A DNA stretch of 64,000 nt from the human T2T-CHM13v2.0 reference genome, Homo sapiens: the NCBI RefSeq assembly GCF_009914755.1, contig NC_060926.1. The stretch is one strand, 5' to 3'. Positions 1 to 13,619 of the stretch are shown one piece after another (the stretch's first letter is position 1; every line of letters begins with the position of its first letter). The position numbers and the translations under genes are program-made. The notes beneath the pieces were generated by a model. It was given only the letters and a program-made list of their open reading frames with translations, had not been told where the DNA came from and did not search any database.

Positions 1-2138
1 ATACTTGATGTGACTTCCATTTTTAAAAATTTGTTGAGGCTTGTTTTGTGGCCTAACATATGGTCTATCCTGGAGAATGTTCCATGTGTTGGTAAGAAGA
101 ATGTGTATTCTGCAGCTGTTGGATGAAATGTTCTATAAATGTCTGTTAGGTCATTGAATTATTCATTTCCAGAATTTCTGTTTGATTATTTTTTATGATA
201 TCTCTTTGGTAAATTTCTCATTCATATCCTAAACTGTTTTTCTGATTTCTTTGTATTATTTACCTGTGTTCTCTTGTATCTCATTGAGCTTCTTTAATTA
301 TCTTGAATTATTTTTCCAGGATTTTTGTAAGTTTTTTTCATTGTAATCTGTTGCTAGATAATTATTGTATTTCTTTGGAGGTGTCATATTTTCTTATGAT
401 TTTTGTGTCCTCACATTGATATCTGGTGCATCTGGAGTAACAGCGGCTTCTTCTAATTTTTTGGATTTGCTTTCTTGGGAGGACTTCTCCTGAAGATGTA
501 TCTATGGTGTTGGTTGGTTAGGGCACTTTGGCTTTGATTCTGGGTGCATGCAATGGTCTAGTCTCTGTATAATTTCTTTGCTTGTAAACAGTGTCAGTGG
601 TGTCTGATTTCCTTAGTGGTTTAGGGTGCAGTCATTAGTAGAGGCTGTGGTGAAGATTTGCTGGGGATGAAGACACCAGCTGTGTCAGTCCTCATCTGCA
701 GTGATGACAGTAGTAGGTGGAACATGCCTGTCCTTGGGCAACAGGGCAGTGCACGTGCCAGCACCAAGTGGTTCCAGGTAGGCTGATTCTTGGGCCTCCA
801 GATGGCTTACTCAGGTGAAGACAGCAGCAGCAGCAGCAAGGGGCCAGGCAGGCTGGTGGGCCCTTGGGACCCTGGACAGCAGGCATGGTATGAGTGATGG
901 CAGTAGTAGTGGCAGGAAAACCCTCTGCCTCCCCAGCTGTCTGTACTGGTGTTGGTGGGGGCTGTGATGTGCTGGGTGGGCCAGTCCCCAGGCCCACAGG
1001 TGGTGCATACAGGTGGGTTCCAGCTATGATGATAGCCGCAGGCTGGGTGGGTCTATCCTTAGGCCCTTGTTAAGAGTACTCAGGTGCCAACAGTAGTGGA
1101 TGGGGTGGGGCAATCCCCAGTCCACTGAACAGCATGCTTGAGCACTAGGGGGCATGGAGCCAGGCTGGATGGGTCTGTCTTTGGGGCTCCCAGTGGCGCA
1201 TATGGGCAAGGGCTGTGGCGGGCAGAGCTGGGTGATCGCCAACCCCCCAGTGTAGTGCTCAGGTGATAGTGGCAGTGGTGGATGGGGAAGCCTGTACCAG
1301 TGTGCATGCAAGTGGCTGCAGCCCTGCTGATGGGAAAGTGAGGTTGCTGTCAGTGGCAGCAGCTGTAGGCAGGCAGTTGAGGAGCTTGTGTTTTGGCCAC
1401 AGGTGGGGCTGTGGGTGTGGGAGCTTGTCCTCAGTTCATATGTAAACGCACAGCAGCACCATTACTGGGGCTGGCAGGGTTGTTGCCCACGGCTTGCTTT
1501 TCAGCCCAGTGGCAGCAGCCAGCAACGGTGGTGGCTGTAGGTAAGAATCTGTCCTCAGGGTGTGTGCAAATGTGTGTCAGCCCCACTGCCAGGAGTGATG
1601 GATTGCTGCCTGTGGCTCATGCTTCAGGCCTGATGGCAGCAGCTAGTAAGGCTGCGGGTGGAGGATGTCAGGGGGCCCCAGAGATGTGGAGATGCAAGGG
1701 CTGTTGAGCCCCGGGGCAGGATGCAGGTGGGTGGGGGTTGGGCTCTCAAAATAGTATTCTGCTTAAGCTCCTTAGGTCTGGGGCAGGTGTGGGATCCAGC
1801 CTCAGCTTTGTTTCTGGAGAAAAACTTTGTGCTGTCTCCTTGGAGCTCCCTAAGTTAATCTCAGGGCCTGGAAGGTCAAGGGCTCTCCTGTCACTGAGAT
1901 CGCAGGAGTCTGTGGTGGGAATGTGGACCTTTTGGGGATCTTTCACTTACCTTTCCCTGCACTGGGCAGCCTCTCTGGGCTCCTCTCTCCTTCCTTATTT
2001 TAGGTGTTTGCTGTCACTTCTCTATTAAATTCCAGTGCCCTCTCTTAGATGATCCATTTAAAGTGTGATTATCTACTCATTTTGGTTTTTTATGGAGGAG
2101 GTGAGATGTCTCTAGTAATCCATCTTGAAGCCCCTCCC
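1..2138 (-). mobile_element. Old LINE-1 5' portion (L1M2/L1MA-type): GC-rich 5'UTR, start of ORF1 and a piece of ORF2; runs off the window start
   Basis: 1-152 is antisense L1 ORF2 endonuclease-region sequence (gtggcctaacatatggtctatcctggagaatgttccatgtg). It jumps at ~153 to antisense ORF1 start (internal deletion), then a G-rich 5'UTR ending ccatcttgaagcccctcc (sense ggaggggcttcaagatgg, a typical L1 5' end). Confidence 0.8.
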
Positions 2139-2139
2139 T

Positions 2140-2600
2140 TTACATTGTATTTCCTAACGTCCAAGGGTCTCTGTTTCCTTTTTGTTTAGAGAACTTCCTT
2201 TTGCTATTATTTTAGAGTATATCTGCTGGTATAAACAACAAAACTCCTTTACTTGTTTTCATCTGAGAGTATGTTGATTTTTTCCCCTTCATTCTTAAAG
2301 AATCTTTTTTCTGGGTATGGAATTCTGGGTTAAATTCTTTTCTTTCATCACTTACTTTTAGCCTCCATGGTTTCTGATGAAAAATCTGCTGTCATTGACA
2401 TTTCCTTTTTCCTAGAATTAAGGTGTTATTTTTCTCTTGCTGCTTTCAAGATTTTTTTGTCTCTAACTTCAGAAATTTAAGTGTGATGTGTCTTGGTATT
2501 GGACTCTTGGATTTAAGTTGCAATTTACTTAGTTTTTTGAATTGGTAAATTTTAATCTTTTCTTAAATTGGTGGAGTTATGGGCTATTGCTTCAACTTCA
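2140..2600 (-). mobile_element. Older L1M (L1MC/MD/ME-type) ORF1/inter-ORF fragment
   Basis: T-rich antisense L1 motifs: ctgggtatggaattctgggtt, gtttctgatgaaaaatctgctgtcatt, ctgctttcaagattttt. Confidence 0.65.
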
Positions 2601-4779
2601 CAAGTATTTGTTGGGCACTCCTTATGTTTGACACTGTACTAGACTACGGATGATGATGAAAATTTAAAATCATGGGTTGAGATATTAAGAACTGACATGC
2701 ACTTTCCACAAGAAGAAAAGGTGAAATAATGCAGGGAACATTGGGCTGTCAGTGGGAGAGCAGAGATCTACTTCTCTTGGCTCTTCTCCTACCTCTGTGA
2801 CATTGGGTAAACAAATGAATCTCTCAGGATTACGCTCTGTAATATGAGGGAGTTGGATTAAGTACTCAGTTTAGCTCTACATGACTTCAGAGGAAGAAAG
2901 AGGTAAGTTTGGTTTGGTCTGGTCTGGGAAGGCTTTATAGAAGAGGCTGAATTGAAGACAGGCCTCACATGACTGTTAATTGATACTCTCTTCTTCCACC
3001 TTCAGGACACTTTAAGATAGACAAATCTGAATGAAAACACCCCAGAAGGGAGAATTATTGGCTCAGGACTAGGCTGGCACTGCTGGTAGCCAATCTTTTT
3101 TGCATGTTTGCCGGGCCTGCTGCTTGTCCACTCATTGCACCCCCACATACCCTGCCCCCTCATGCTCTTCTCCTGTCTTTTTCCAGAATGGCTTCTTCCA
3201 TCTTTCCTACTTCTTCACATTCTGAAAATTCTGCAATACTTATCTTAGGGCCTTCTTCTATTACCCTGTTCTGTTTTAACTTTCTAATTATATTTCAAGC
3301 TTCTGGAGGGCACAGACCATATCTTCTACTTACTGAAGTCCTAGAAGGGACTTAAAAGATCCCTGAGAGAAGTGCTCCCCTAGCTGATTATTGGTATCAC
3401 CTGGGAGCTTTTTAAGGCTCCATCTTAACATAATCAAATTTTGCTTGTGTTTGGGGGTAGGGGAAGAGTGGGTCAAGGGTGTGTGAGAATAAGCTATATT
3501 TTAGTTTTTTTTTTGTTCTTTAACACTTACTGTGCAAAACTAATATGGTACCCCCTTATATGTTTGGATTGGCATCTATTGTATACATCTTCCTTGTTCT
3601 TCATTCAACATAGGACTCTATGGTTTCTACCACTTCCCACGAACCTGAATTAAATTCTGAAAAGAGGGATAATGTATTCTGAGAACGGACAGCAAGCCCA
3701 GCTCAGTGTCATGACATTCTTCTGTAGAACTTTCCTGCTTACATTTTCGAAATTGTGCTCTGATGGCTCTCTAGTATCCTGCTGTGTACACTATGGGCTG
3801 GAGAACAAGGATCCTAAATTTTACTGTATTCTTTCTCCACAGAAGTTTACGAAGACAAAAGAGGAATGACGACTCAGCATATTGTAATGTATATTCAATA
3901 TGTGCTTTGCTAAATATATTTGAAAAGTATATAGGTATATTGAAAAAGACCATGTCCAACTGAAAATGCCCAGCTAATGAAAATAACATTTTTCTTCCTA
4001 CTGAAAACTAAGGTATAACTTCAGCATTTGGTGTCAGAAGTTATTCAGAAAAAACAAGTTAAACTTTTTAAAGGATTTTTATTCCTTCGTAAGTCTACTG
4101 GAAAATTAATCATACAAAATATAATGGAGCCAAAAAAGCATTTGCAAGAGCACAGATGCATGAATATGAAACATTACATTTTCCAGGCAGTGTATTTCCT
4201 TATCAGAGCAAACTCCTTCATGACTAAAGTGGTCATTTTTCAACAGTGATGGGTGACAAAGGCTCATATTTTCCTATGTTTTAATCTTCTTTTGGAGCTG
4301 ACTGTGGAAGCAGGAAATGTGGGGGGGGGTGGAAGTGGGGGAGAAATGCCCCTGCCCCTTTGCTTTGTAGCACATGTGGCACAGGAGATGGGGCATTTCT
4401 GAAGGGCCTCTTTCCCTTTCTTTACGGAAGTATCTATAAACACTGAATTGAATATTGAGATATTGGCATGCTGCATTTCAACCATCTGTCTAGTACAATA
4501 AATTGCCACATTGATTAGAATGTTTTGGTCCTGTGTGAGGAAGGAGGTAGGAACAAAAGCTCGAAAGTCCTTGTCTGCCTCAGGCTGTTCAGGATGGGCT
4601 TAATTTGTATGGTGCTCAGGAAGCTCCATTCTGGGGCTGGGCCAGCTGTGACACAGCTCTAGTGGGAGCAGCTCGTGTGGCAGCATTTCAGTGCCTTGCA
4701 CCCCAAAGCAACCACTGCTACCTGTCTCCTTGGGAGATCTGCTCAACTTCTGTCTTCTCTTGCATAATGAATTTTAACA

Positions 4780-5330
4780 TACATTTTTAATTGTCACAAC
4801 CTGTTTCTTGTTCCATGCTGTTCCTTTTTATTTTTCAAAAGCATTCTATTGTTTTTAAAAATATTTTCTTATCTCTTGGAGCATAATAATAGAGCTCTGC
4901 AAGTATTCTTCTCTTCCCTCAATTAGCTCTGCCTTCTTTTTGTATCCTGCCCCCATCCCCACTCTGTTTTGGTCTCTCTCTTCATTTTAGAAGCATTTCT
5001 CAAACATCTGGTGATCCTTGCCTATTCATTCTGAGAGTAGGGCATTGAAAAACTGTTAGGAAAGTCTCATCTGAGGGTGAGATTTTGCTGACTTTTGTGA
5101 TTGTGACCTGGACATTTCATTGCAGAGGGGAGAATGCAAAATGTCAATATATTTAGGTTTTTCTCTTGAGTTGTAATTTTTCTTAGAATTGTCCAAGCTA
5201 CTGGCTGTGGAGCACATGTCTGGCAGCTTTGCCTTCTGTGAGTTAACTTGAGGAAAAGAACTAGAGGCTGCATATTCAGCATGTGGATTTTCACTAAATT
5301 CCCATGCCCTTAAAGGTGTCTGATACCTCC
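4780..5330 (-). mobile_element. Old L1M/HAL1-type 5'/ORF1 fragment
   Basis: Antisense L1M-like motifs (tttcattttagaagcatttctcaaacatctggtgatccttg); highly decayed. Confidence 0.45.
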
Positions 5331-8300
5331 AAGGAACTTGTGAGCCTGAGGAATTTGGCCTGCCATTGTAGATAAAGCCTTTTGAAAAAATTAGTTCACA
5401 GCAATTTTAGTGGGGCTGGGAAGAAGTGAAGATAAATGTATGTTCAAGCTGTGATGTTTAATTGGAAGTCCAAGGTTGATTTTAAGACATATGGAAAATT
5501 CACTTTTTCTAAATAAAATTTCTGTAAGAAGACTTTAGATACAGTTTAGATATAAACAGTTTGAATAGCAACTGATCTACTAGTGACTTTCTAGCACCAA
5601 AGAACTTTAAAGTAGTTAAGAGGGCTCAGAAAGATGAATTGCTGCAAAGACCTCTGGCCAGGGATATGTGGCAATGAGTTTTCGACTAAGGATATAATTT
5701 GGGACATGAAAGAAGTTGAGCACCTTCCTACTCTGTATCTGGCATGTAAGGTCTTAGGCTTATTTCAAGTTGCATTGTATCCAAATTATTTTGTCTTTAG
5801 CTTTCCCAAGGCTGACCTCCTTAGAGGAGTGGAGGCAATACTTAATGCTTGTCAAAGCCCTTTCACATATGTTAGATGTTGAGGATTTTTTATTTCTAAA
5901 AGATAAATGTGTAACATATTTATAGTTACTGCCACAATATTTTTCAAAATCACAAATAATAAATTGGTTACACATCACAGTCTTATGAGATACTCTCTTA
6001 ACAACAGAGTAGGTAGAAGTTGGAAAAATAGCTCCTTAAACAGAGTGTCATCATCCTTTATTCTGGGGCTGTTATCCTCCATCCCTTGGTCTTTTAGTTG
6101 AACCCAGAGCAGAGTTCCCTGTTTGGACTTTAAAAGGGTTGAGATTTCTTGATCCCAAATTGCTAAACTGTTTGATGTTATAATTTAAGTCTGTCTTTAG
6201 AGCAGACAGAATTGCATCTCAGAGGATTGTTTCTTTGAGAACAGACTTGTTTCCTATGCATAGATTTGGACTTCCTTATAGCCATGTATTCGTGCTCTTG
6301 CTCTGGATAAATCCATGTGTATGTTTCAGCAGTGGCTGATGAGAGTGGAAACTGAGACCTGTCATGACTGGAAACATGTGCAGGTCTCACTTGACCTTAT
6401 GTGGCCTGAGTCTGATGCAGCCCAACACAGGCTGGACTGTTGATGTCTCAAATCTCGCATAATTCAGGAGTGAATAAGCCAGAACTGGAAAATACATTGC
6501 ATGAACTCTTGTATATTCTGGGGCTCACTCTACAGAAGGTCACAGAGCAGACCTCAACCTGGGGGGTTTCCCCCTGGAAGGGGGTAGGCAGGTCTCAGGT
6601 CATGGAAGGAATGAACTTATTTTCCTAGGCCTTGCGATTAGGAACTTGTTTCACTGAAAAGCAGGATATTTTAAAGAACTCACTGGGGTATACGTGTGGT
6701 TAGGAAGCAGGTTCCTAACACATGGACTAGCCAGGAGGAGTGCTGTCATGGACCCTTGGGTCTTGGTAGGTTTTGAGTGCACCATATCTAAAAGCAATTT
6801 CAATTTTATTGACCTATTTCCTTTTCTTTGATCCTCCAATTATCCCCAAAGCATCAATAGACTCTTGCTGACCTGTTCTATTCTAACTGGGACTTGAAGG
6901 AACGACTGTACCCAGGCTTCAGGTGAAGCAGTCTCAATGAGAGGAGCTGCCTGAGGGAAACATGTGGAGGTGGCAGGGGGTCACGCATGCTGGGGTGAGC
7001 GGTGGTCCACAGAGAGGGGCCTTGGAGCTAGGGGGCTCACTGAGGTGGGACGTGACAATCAAGATGGCTTTGGAGAACATGAGAGCATTTCCCAGGGAGT
7101 CCAGAATATTTGGGGATGGAAATCTGGTAAGGACTAAAGTTAACCAGTAAGATGGGATAAGAATCTGAGATATTATAATTTGAGAGTTGATTCATGGAAT
7201 GTGTGGACCATGCTGGTTACATTGATGAAACACATTTGTAATTTTTATCTATCCCTTTTTGCTTTTTAATTAAAAATATGCCGTATTCTTTTGATGTGTA
7301 CTCTTAAATCCTTATTAACAGATGCAAATCATGATTCTTAATGACTTATTTCCTTTCCTTTTTGAATGAGATTCTGACAATGTCATCCTTTGTCTTTTGT
7401 CTGATCACACTTGTGTACCCTCTCACCAGTCACAAATCCTCAACACATGGCTCCAAATTCCCCATCACCTTTGAAGTAGCTGTTGTTGCTCTTTCATTCT
7501 CATCCTAATCCTCTCCTCTTGAACAGGTAGTATATTCCTCCCTTTCCTGAAATGGTGTTGTTTTATATCACACAGTTAACAGAAACTGTATGATATAAAA
7601 TACAGTTCTTTTGCTATCTCTACTCTTCCCTAATTCTCAAGAGTTTTCTTGATGCTTCAGGAAGTCCCAGAAGCTCCACTGACCCTGTGACTTTAATTAG
7701 AATATCAGGACCTGCTGATTGTTGTCAAATGTATCTGCTGGATCTCTGGTCAGTTGCTATTACCCTTCTATGCTTCCCAGTGTGTTTTCTTCTGCTCTGG
7801 AATCTTACTGTCAGCACTTCATCCCTAGGCTCAAGAAAGCAGAATGAAACTCATCTCATAAAATGTCTGGAGAACCCAGCCTAATCACTCCATTTCCTTT
7901 ATGTAGGTATAAACCTTTGTAATAGTTTTTCACATATAATTCTCCTGGTTTTCCTTTTCTCTTTCTCTATTTCTCTCTCTTTAGTCGTCAAATCTTTGGT
8001 TCCTGGAACAGTGCCTAGCATATAGTAAGTGCTTAACAAATATTTATGGGATGAATAAATAAACCTAAACTGAACCAGAATCTTAGTCCCAATTTTAATT
8101 TCTAAAGAAAGAAGGAGACCTAACTTGATAAAAATTTAAGAATAGATCAGAATTCTGGAACTCTTCCTGTTAAGTTTTATTCTGCTGCCTGCCCTCAGGA
8201 ACTCCATGTGTCTCCAACGTGTCCAGAATGTTGTTCTCCAAAGCCTGCCTCTTTCACTCAGAGTGATTTCCCAGTAACTATTCACTACTGTATGTCAGGA

Positions 8301-8919
8301 GCTGTGTGAGTGCTTTGCAGGTCCTATGTAGCTAGATTCCCACAACAAACTTATGAGGAGGTGATATTCTGATTTACAAAGTAGACTTGGGTACAGAAAA
8401 AGCTTTGGCCAAGAATCTACATCTGGGAATCTTGTTAGGATCTGGGATTTAAATATAGGTAGAGTAAATCCATACCCTCATGGTATGCTGCCATCTCTCC
8501 CTGCCCTAGGTTCCAGAACATTCTTGATTTCTTCTCTCTTCTTCAGAAAGCCATCTCTTTCCTTAGTGTTAACATTAGACAAACTATCTGGCTTATGCAG
8601 TAAGAATATACTTATGAATAATTTATTGTCTTCAGCATTGAGGATGTGATGCTGGCATTCTAACCATTGTGATGCCTTTTGTTTTGTGACTATGGTCTCA
8701 TAACTTACTATTCTGTACATTTACAAACATTTATGTACACATTTATGAATATTTATGCTTATAAATAGTTCTTACTAAAAAGATGGCTTTTACATAGACT
8801 GTGTTATGTTGGTTTGTCATTTCTTCTGCACTTGCCACACCACTCACCATTGCATTTATTGAACAGCTATTAAGAGCCTGACACTATGCTAGACACTGGG
8901 ATTACAAAGATTCTCAAAC

Positions 8920-9345
8920 ATGGGTGTACAAGTCCTTCCCCAGTTTAAGTTTCTTTAATGTCTCTTCATTTTCTTAAGATAAATTGCAGACACCTAAACA
9001 TGACTTTTAATGATGTGGCTGCTGCCCCCTCTCTCATTTCGTCTCATTCCCTATTTCCTTTCTCCATTTCTCATTTTCTCTCTTCTTATTCTCTACGGTC
9101 AACTCACCTCCCACTGCCCAAATAAATGACCTCTCCTGAAATACTTGCAGTCATTCCGGTCTCTAGGTTTAGCACTCACCATTCCTCTGCTTGGAACACT
9201 ATCCTTTACATCGTCAAAATTGATTTTAGTTTTCAGCTTAGATAGCATTTTCTGCAGGAAGCTTTTCTTATCCTCAGAGTCTGGGTGAGGGGGCACTTCT
9301 CAAGACTCCTGCACACCCTGTGCTTTCCTGATTACAGACAGGCAG
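8920..9345 (+). mobile_element. L2 LINE fragment
   Basis: L2-like motifs such as ttcctctgcttggaacact and ttctgcaggaagctttt. Confidence 0.5.
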
Positions 9346-10111
9346 GGATCCACTTTCTCTTTTTCATCATTTTATGACCCCAGCCAGCATAGCACCATTC
9401 CAAGCAGAGACAATGGCGAGTGGGGTGGTGAGAGGCTGGAAGAGGAGGGTGTGTTTGGGAAACTGCAAGGATTTTGATTTGGACTTTTGATGCCCCCCCT
9501 TTTTTAATCAGAGGAAAGCATACCATTTCCTTTCAATTAACTGTTAGTATTAGCTTGATTTATCTTGCTGGGGTTTTTGTTTTCCTTTTCTAGAAGGGTA
9601 ACAACTCAGGAGCCCTTCTTCTCCTTCGAGGTCAAAGTACACTAAAATCCTCTAGAGAGCAGATGGAATTAGTGACGGAACATAACGTATTGTTTGCAAA
9701 ACTCACTGCTTTATCACAGAGTTTGGAAGCTTGTCAACTTCAAAATCCCTTTGTTGAAAGTTATGTGTTCCCCAAAAGAAAAAGAAGCCACCCTGGAATC
9801 CTGTGGATTAATCACGGGGAGAATGAAGCTACCATTGAGTCCCTGTATGTGTCCAGATGGAGGTTCCAGCTGTTTTAGAAGCCACCAGCTGATTGTTATC
9901 TCAGCCTTGGATGTTAGAGGCAGGATCAGAAAGTGTAAATTCCAGACAAGGACTTTGGGACCCTGGAACAGTGAGTATCCCTTCCCCGTATTGGTTCTCT
10001 AGCAGGCGAGGATACAGGGAGCCATTTGTTTTCTTTTTCCCCTCTGTACAACTGACCCAGAAATGTTTGGCTGTACTTCATACAAAATACAACAATAAAG
10101 AGTTATTTTCT

Positions 10112-11111
10112 GGCCACTTGCCACTGGAGCCCCCGCTTTTCCCCAGAAGCACAGAAGGAAGGAGCCCAGGTGATGGCCGTCAACCCTGAAAGCCGGGCAC
10201 CAGGATACCCAGTTTGCAAACTTGCGCGGGTCTCACTTCTGGTAGGAGGGGATATGCCTTGGGTCCTGGACACACAGGATGATCCCCCTGCAGAGGGGAC
10301 CAGGGATGCCTGTAAAGATGCTGAGACCAACAATGACAACGAGTCCACATCAACACAGGGAATTTCTGAAGAAACAGACATGGTGATGCCACGTGGGCTG
10401 TTAAAGAATGTTTCTTAGGAAGCTGACTTTCCAGAAACACATGACATGGAGAAGCATCAGAAAATCTCCACAGAGAAAAAAATTAAAGGAAAAAGATGAG
10501 AGAAGCCACTATGCAAGGAAACCCTTCAGATGTGAGGAGTATGGGAGGTGCATCAGCTTTTTCTCTTAGTGTGTCAGACAACAGAGAATCCACACTATCC
10601 ATGTAAGGAGTGTGGGAAATCATTTAATGGCAATTCTTCATTGATTTGTCATCAGTCCATATTGGAGAGAAATCTTATCAGTGTGAGGAGTGTGGGTGAG
10701 CTGATAATAATAGTCAATCTGATGAGTCATCAGAGAATCCATAGTAGGGACAGACCCTAACTCTGCAAGAAGAGTGGAAATGGCTTCCCCAGTAGTTCCA
10801 AATTGGTTATACATCAGAGAATCCATACTGGGGAGAAGACCGATGAAGGTAATGAGTATAGAAGAGATTTTGCTGTTAAATCCACATAATGTCGGCATCA
10901 GAGGATCCACAGTGGAGAGAAACCCTGAGTGTAGCCAGTATGGGAAGATCTTTAGGACTTTCTCCCATCTGTACCATCTAAGAGAAGCCTGGGCTAGATC
11001 TTAGTTCTTTTGGGGTCCCAGCATTTTTAACCTCCTTTTCATGGTAATTATTCCTACTTCTGATTTTTTCAGTAACGTGAATCAATAAATTTCAGTGGGT
11101 GTTCTTTCTTT
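10112..11111 (+). pseudogene. ZNF19P1: Processed pseudogene of ZNF19 (KRAB-C2H2 zinc finger): KRAB-A exon absent, ~6 decayed fingers. Symbol assumes it is the annotated human retrocopy, not verified
   Basis: Translation GYPVCKLARVSLLVGGDMPWVLDTQDDPPAEGTRDACKDAETNNDNESTSTQGISEE...VS*EADFPETHDMEKHQ...ARKPFRCEEYG...CKECGKSFNGNSSLICHQ...HQRIHSRDRP matches recalled ZNF19 (GYPVPKPALISLLERGDMAWGLEAQDDPPAERTKNVCKDVETNIDSEST...GKAFNGNSSLIRHQ). Exons are joined without introns, with a stop at 10416-10418 and frameshifts. AATAAA at 11084-11089. Candidate TSD aaagagttattttct (10097-10111) / aaaaagtaatttcct (11112-11126), 12/15 identical. Confidence 0.9.
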
Positions 11112-11419
11112 AAAAAGTAATTTCCTTGAACCACACATCTTACATGCTTTAATTTCTGAGCATCACAACAAGATCTGTGCACATAATGGATGTTATGAGA
11201 TAAACATTGGGAGTTTTAATTGCAAAACTAAATTTTATACATGGTGGGTCTTTACAGTTTGATACTTACGTTTGACTTAAAAAATAGTATTTTTTATTTA
11301 TCACTTCTCATGACTCATCTGTGAATATTCTGGGTGAGAGTGAGAAATTTAAATGGTGTAGTAGGGGAATGTTATGTGGTAGTAAGTATTGCGTTGTGAC
11401 TGTCAAATGTCATCAGCTT

Positions 11420-11945
11420 AACATCTGATCTGATTCCTGCTTTTAGCAGGACAAAAGTAGAGCTACAGAGGAAAAAAATGCCAATCAGAAGAAGTTCTCT
11501 CCCTAGCTTCTTTCCAGGAGGACCCCTAGAACTCCACCTTTGATTTCTGACTGCATTTTTCTTAAATTCCCCAGCAAATCCAGGAGTGTGTGGTGCATCT
11601 ATTCTCTTTGCTGCAGTTGATGGTATCTTCCCAATGCAGGGGTGCACCTGTGGCTCCCCCTCTCCAGAGCTGCCTCATCACATTTCTCTCTGCTTGATGC
11701 CTGCTGCAACTGCCAGGGACTACAGTCAGTATAACCACCACACACAGCGTCAAGGCCACGGCTGCTCTCCGCATAGAATCTGCCCAATAAGCCTGCAGGA
11801 AGAAGGAGGAAAAAAAAGCAGTGCTCAGCTGAAAATAGACAGTTATGATTATATTATTTGGACCCCCAGAGCCAGTCGTATCTGAAGCAAACCCTACCTA
11901 TTAGTCTGTTACGCTCACGCTTGCTTGAATGGCCTTTTTACTACC
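11420..11945 (+). mobile_element. Old MaLR solo LTR (MLT1J/K/L-type), decayed
   Basis: MLT1 3' motifs: attatttggacccccagagccagtcgtatctgaagc...gcttgcttgaatggcc. Confidence 0.45.
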
Positions 11946-12288
11946 CTCAAATCTCAACTAATGAAGGTGCCAACACATCATCTCATGCTGTGGTCATAAA
12001 AGAAAAACAACAAAAAAACCCTGACTCTTCCTAGAAGTTGAATGCTTATCTCTTGCTAGTCCCAACTAAGTTGCATGGTAGAGGTGAAAATCTGTTTTCA
12101 CCTCTAAGCTCTACTTTTGTTGTGTTGGCTTAGTTATTGGACACTAAGAGGCTCAAGACTGACATTTTTCCAGCTTCAGTGCCCCAGCAGAAAGAAAGCA
12201 TTTTTTTCTTAAAGCACTGTTATAAAGATTCCAAGATTGGCTTGGCTCCAATCAGAGACCAATCCCTGAAGCAATCATGGTATGTAGG

Positions 12289-12646
12289 TTTCTTAGTTCA
12301 CTTGTGCCTCTCTAACAAAATACCACAGATTGGGTAATTTATAGCAACACAAATGTATTCTTACAGTTCTGGAGGCTGAGAAGTCCAAGATCAAGCACCA
12401 GCAGATTTGGTGTCCGGTGAGGCCTGCTTTATCAGTGGCAGCATCTTCTCATGGTGGCATTCTCATATGGCAGAGGACAAAAAGGGGCCTAAGCTAATTC
12501 CCTTAAGCCCTTCTATAAGGCACTAATTCATACATGAGGGGGAGCCCTTGTGGTCTAATCACCTGCTAAAGGCACCACTGCCTAATAACATCACAGTGGG
12601 GATTGTTTCACCATAAATTTGGAAGGGAAACATTCAAACCATAGCA
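12289..12646 (-). mobile_element. MaLR solo LTR (MSTD/MSTC-type), nested in an older MLT1 LTR (~12170-12780)
   Basis: tcttagttcacttgtg...cagttctggaggctgagaagtccaagatcaag...cattcaaaccatagca; 5-bp TSD gtagg/atagg. Confidence 0.8.
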
Positions 12647-13619
12647 ATAGGATGAACGGAGCCTCTGATGGGGCAGGCCTGATCTCATGCTCATCCTTGG
12701 AGTGATGGGGTCAGCACCATCAGAACAGAAAGATTTATGAAGAAAAGGATTATGGGAAAATCTGCCCATTGTTCACTGTAGGGCTACTCCTTGCCTTAAT
12801 CATGGGCATTGGGCAAGGTTTTTGGGAAATTCACAAAGACTCCTTTGCTTCTGGGGAAGAGAGGCTATACATCAGAGTTGTGATATGGGTATATGGTGAG
12901 ATCCTATTGGGTTGTGCTCATATGAAGTTGGTCAGACTTCCCACAGAGTTGGTAGCCACTGATGGTAAAAGCCCTGGGGATGGGTGAATATAAGAGAATC
13001 TGACTTGGCATGTAAGAAGTATCTGATTCATGTTCCCTCCCTATGGAAACCTTGCTTGCAGAGTGATGGTATGCTTGTCAATATTCTCTGATGTACTTCT
13101 ATGAAGTAGACAGGTAAGCTACTGAGGAGGTAAGGAAGTTGAGGACACAAAGTTGAATTATACACGGTAGGTTTTTCTCTCAAGGAGTTTGAATTCAGAC
13201 ATATCCTCACTTGACAGGTAGGAAAATGAAATGAAAAAGAAATGGTAATTATCTCTGAGCCATTCAACTAAAACATGGCAAACCTGGACCTATCAACAAA
13301 AATTCCTAGTTTCTATTCCAAACAAACTCTACTGCTTTTACTAATTATTGAAGTATTAAAACAGCAAATGACTGGCATACCTAGTCATGAGTCACCAGAG
13401 TTTCAAATTTAAACAATGCCATATAGTCGGTAGTGATTCGTAAATTCTTCTGTGATAACACTGTATAATTGAAGATACACCTGGGATGGGGCTTTTTGTT
13501 ACACTTGCAGCATGTAAAAGGAATGACAAATTTATCGTCAAATAATGTTGATCCCTCTAATTAAAAAACAAAATGACTAATTGTGATATCTTTAGAAAAT
13601 AGTTATACCAAAACATGCA

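Noticed and set aside
692-2028. Cluster of 60-104 aa ORFs, including a poly-Cys/poly-Ala stretch
   Set aside because: They lie in the GC-rich L1 5'UTR; the run comes from a short (CAG)n tract, and no protein family is recognisable.
3743-3797. 55-nt candidate exon on the minus strand (ttctccAG|...AAAAT|GTaagc)
   Set aside because: The splice motifs are plausible, but there are no partner exons or recognisable peptide, and such matches occur by chance in 64 kb.
4320-4342. G-rich run suggesting a G-quadruplex
   Set aside because: Short and non-canonical, with no promoter or other context to support it.
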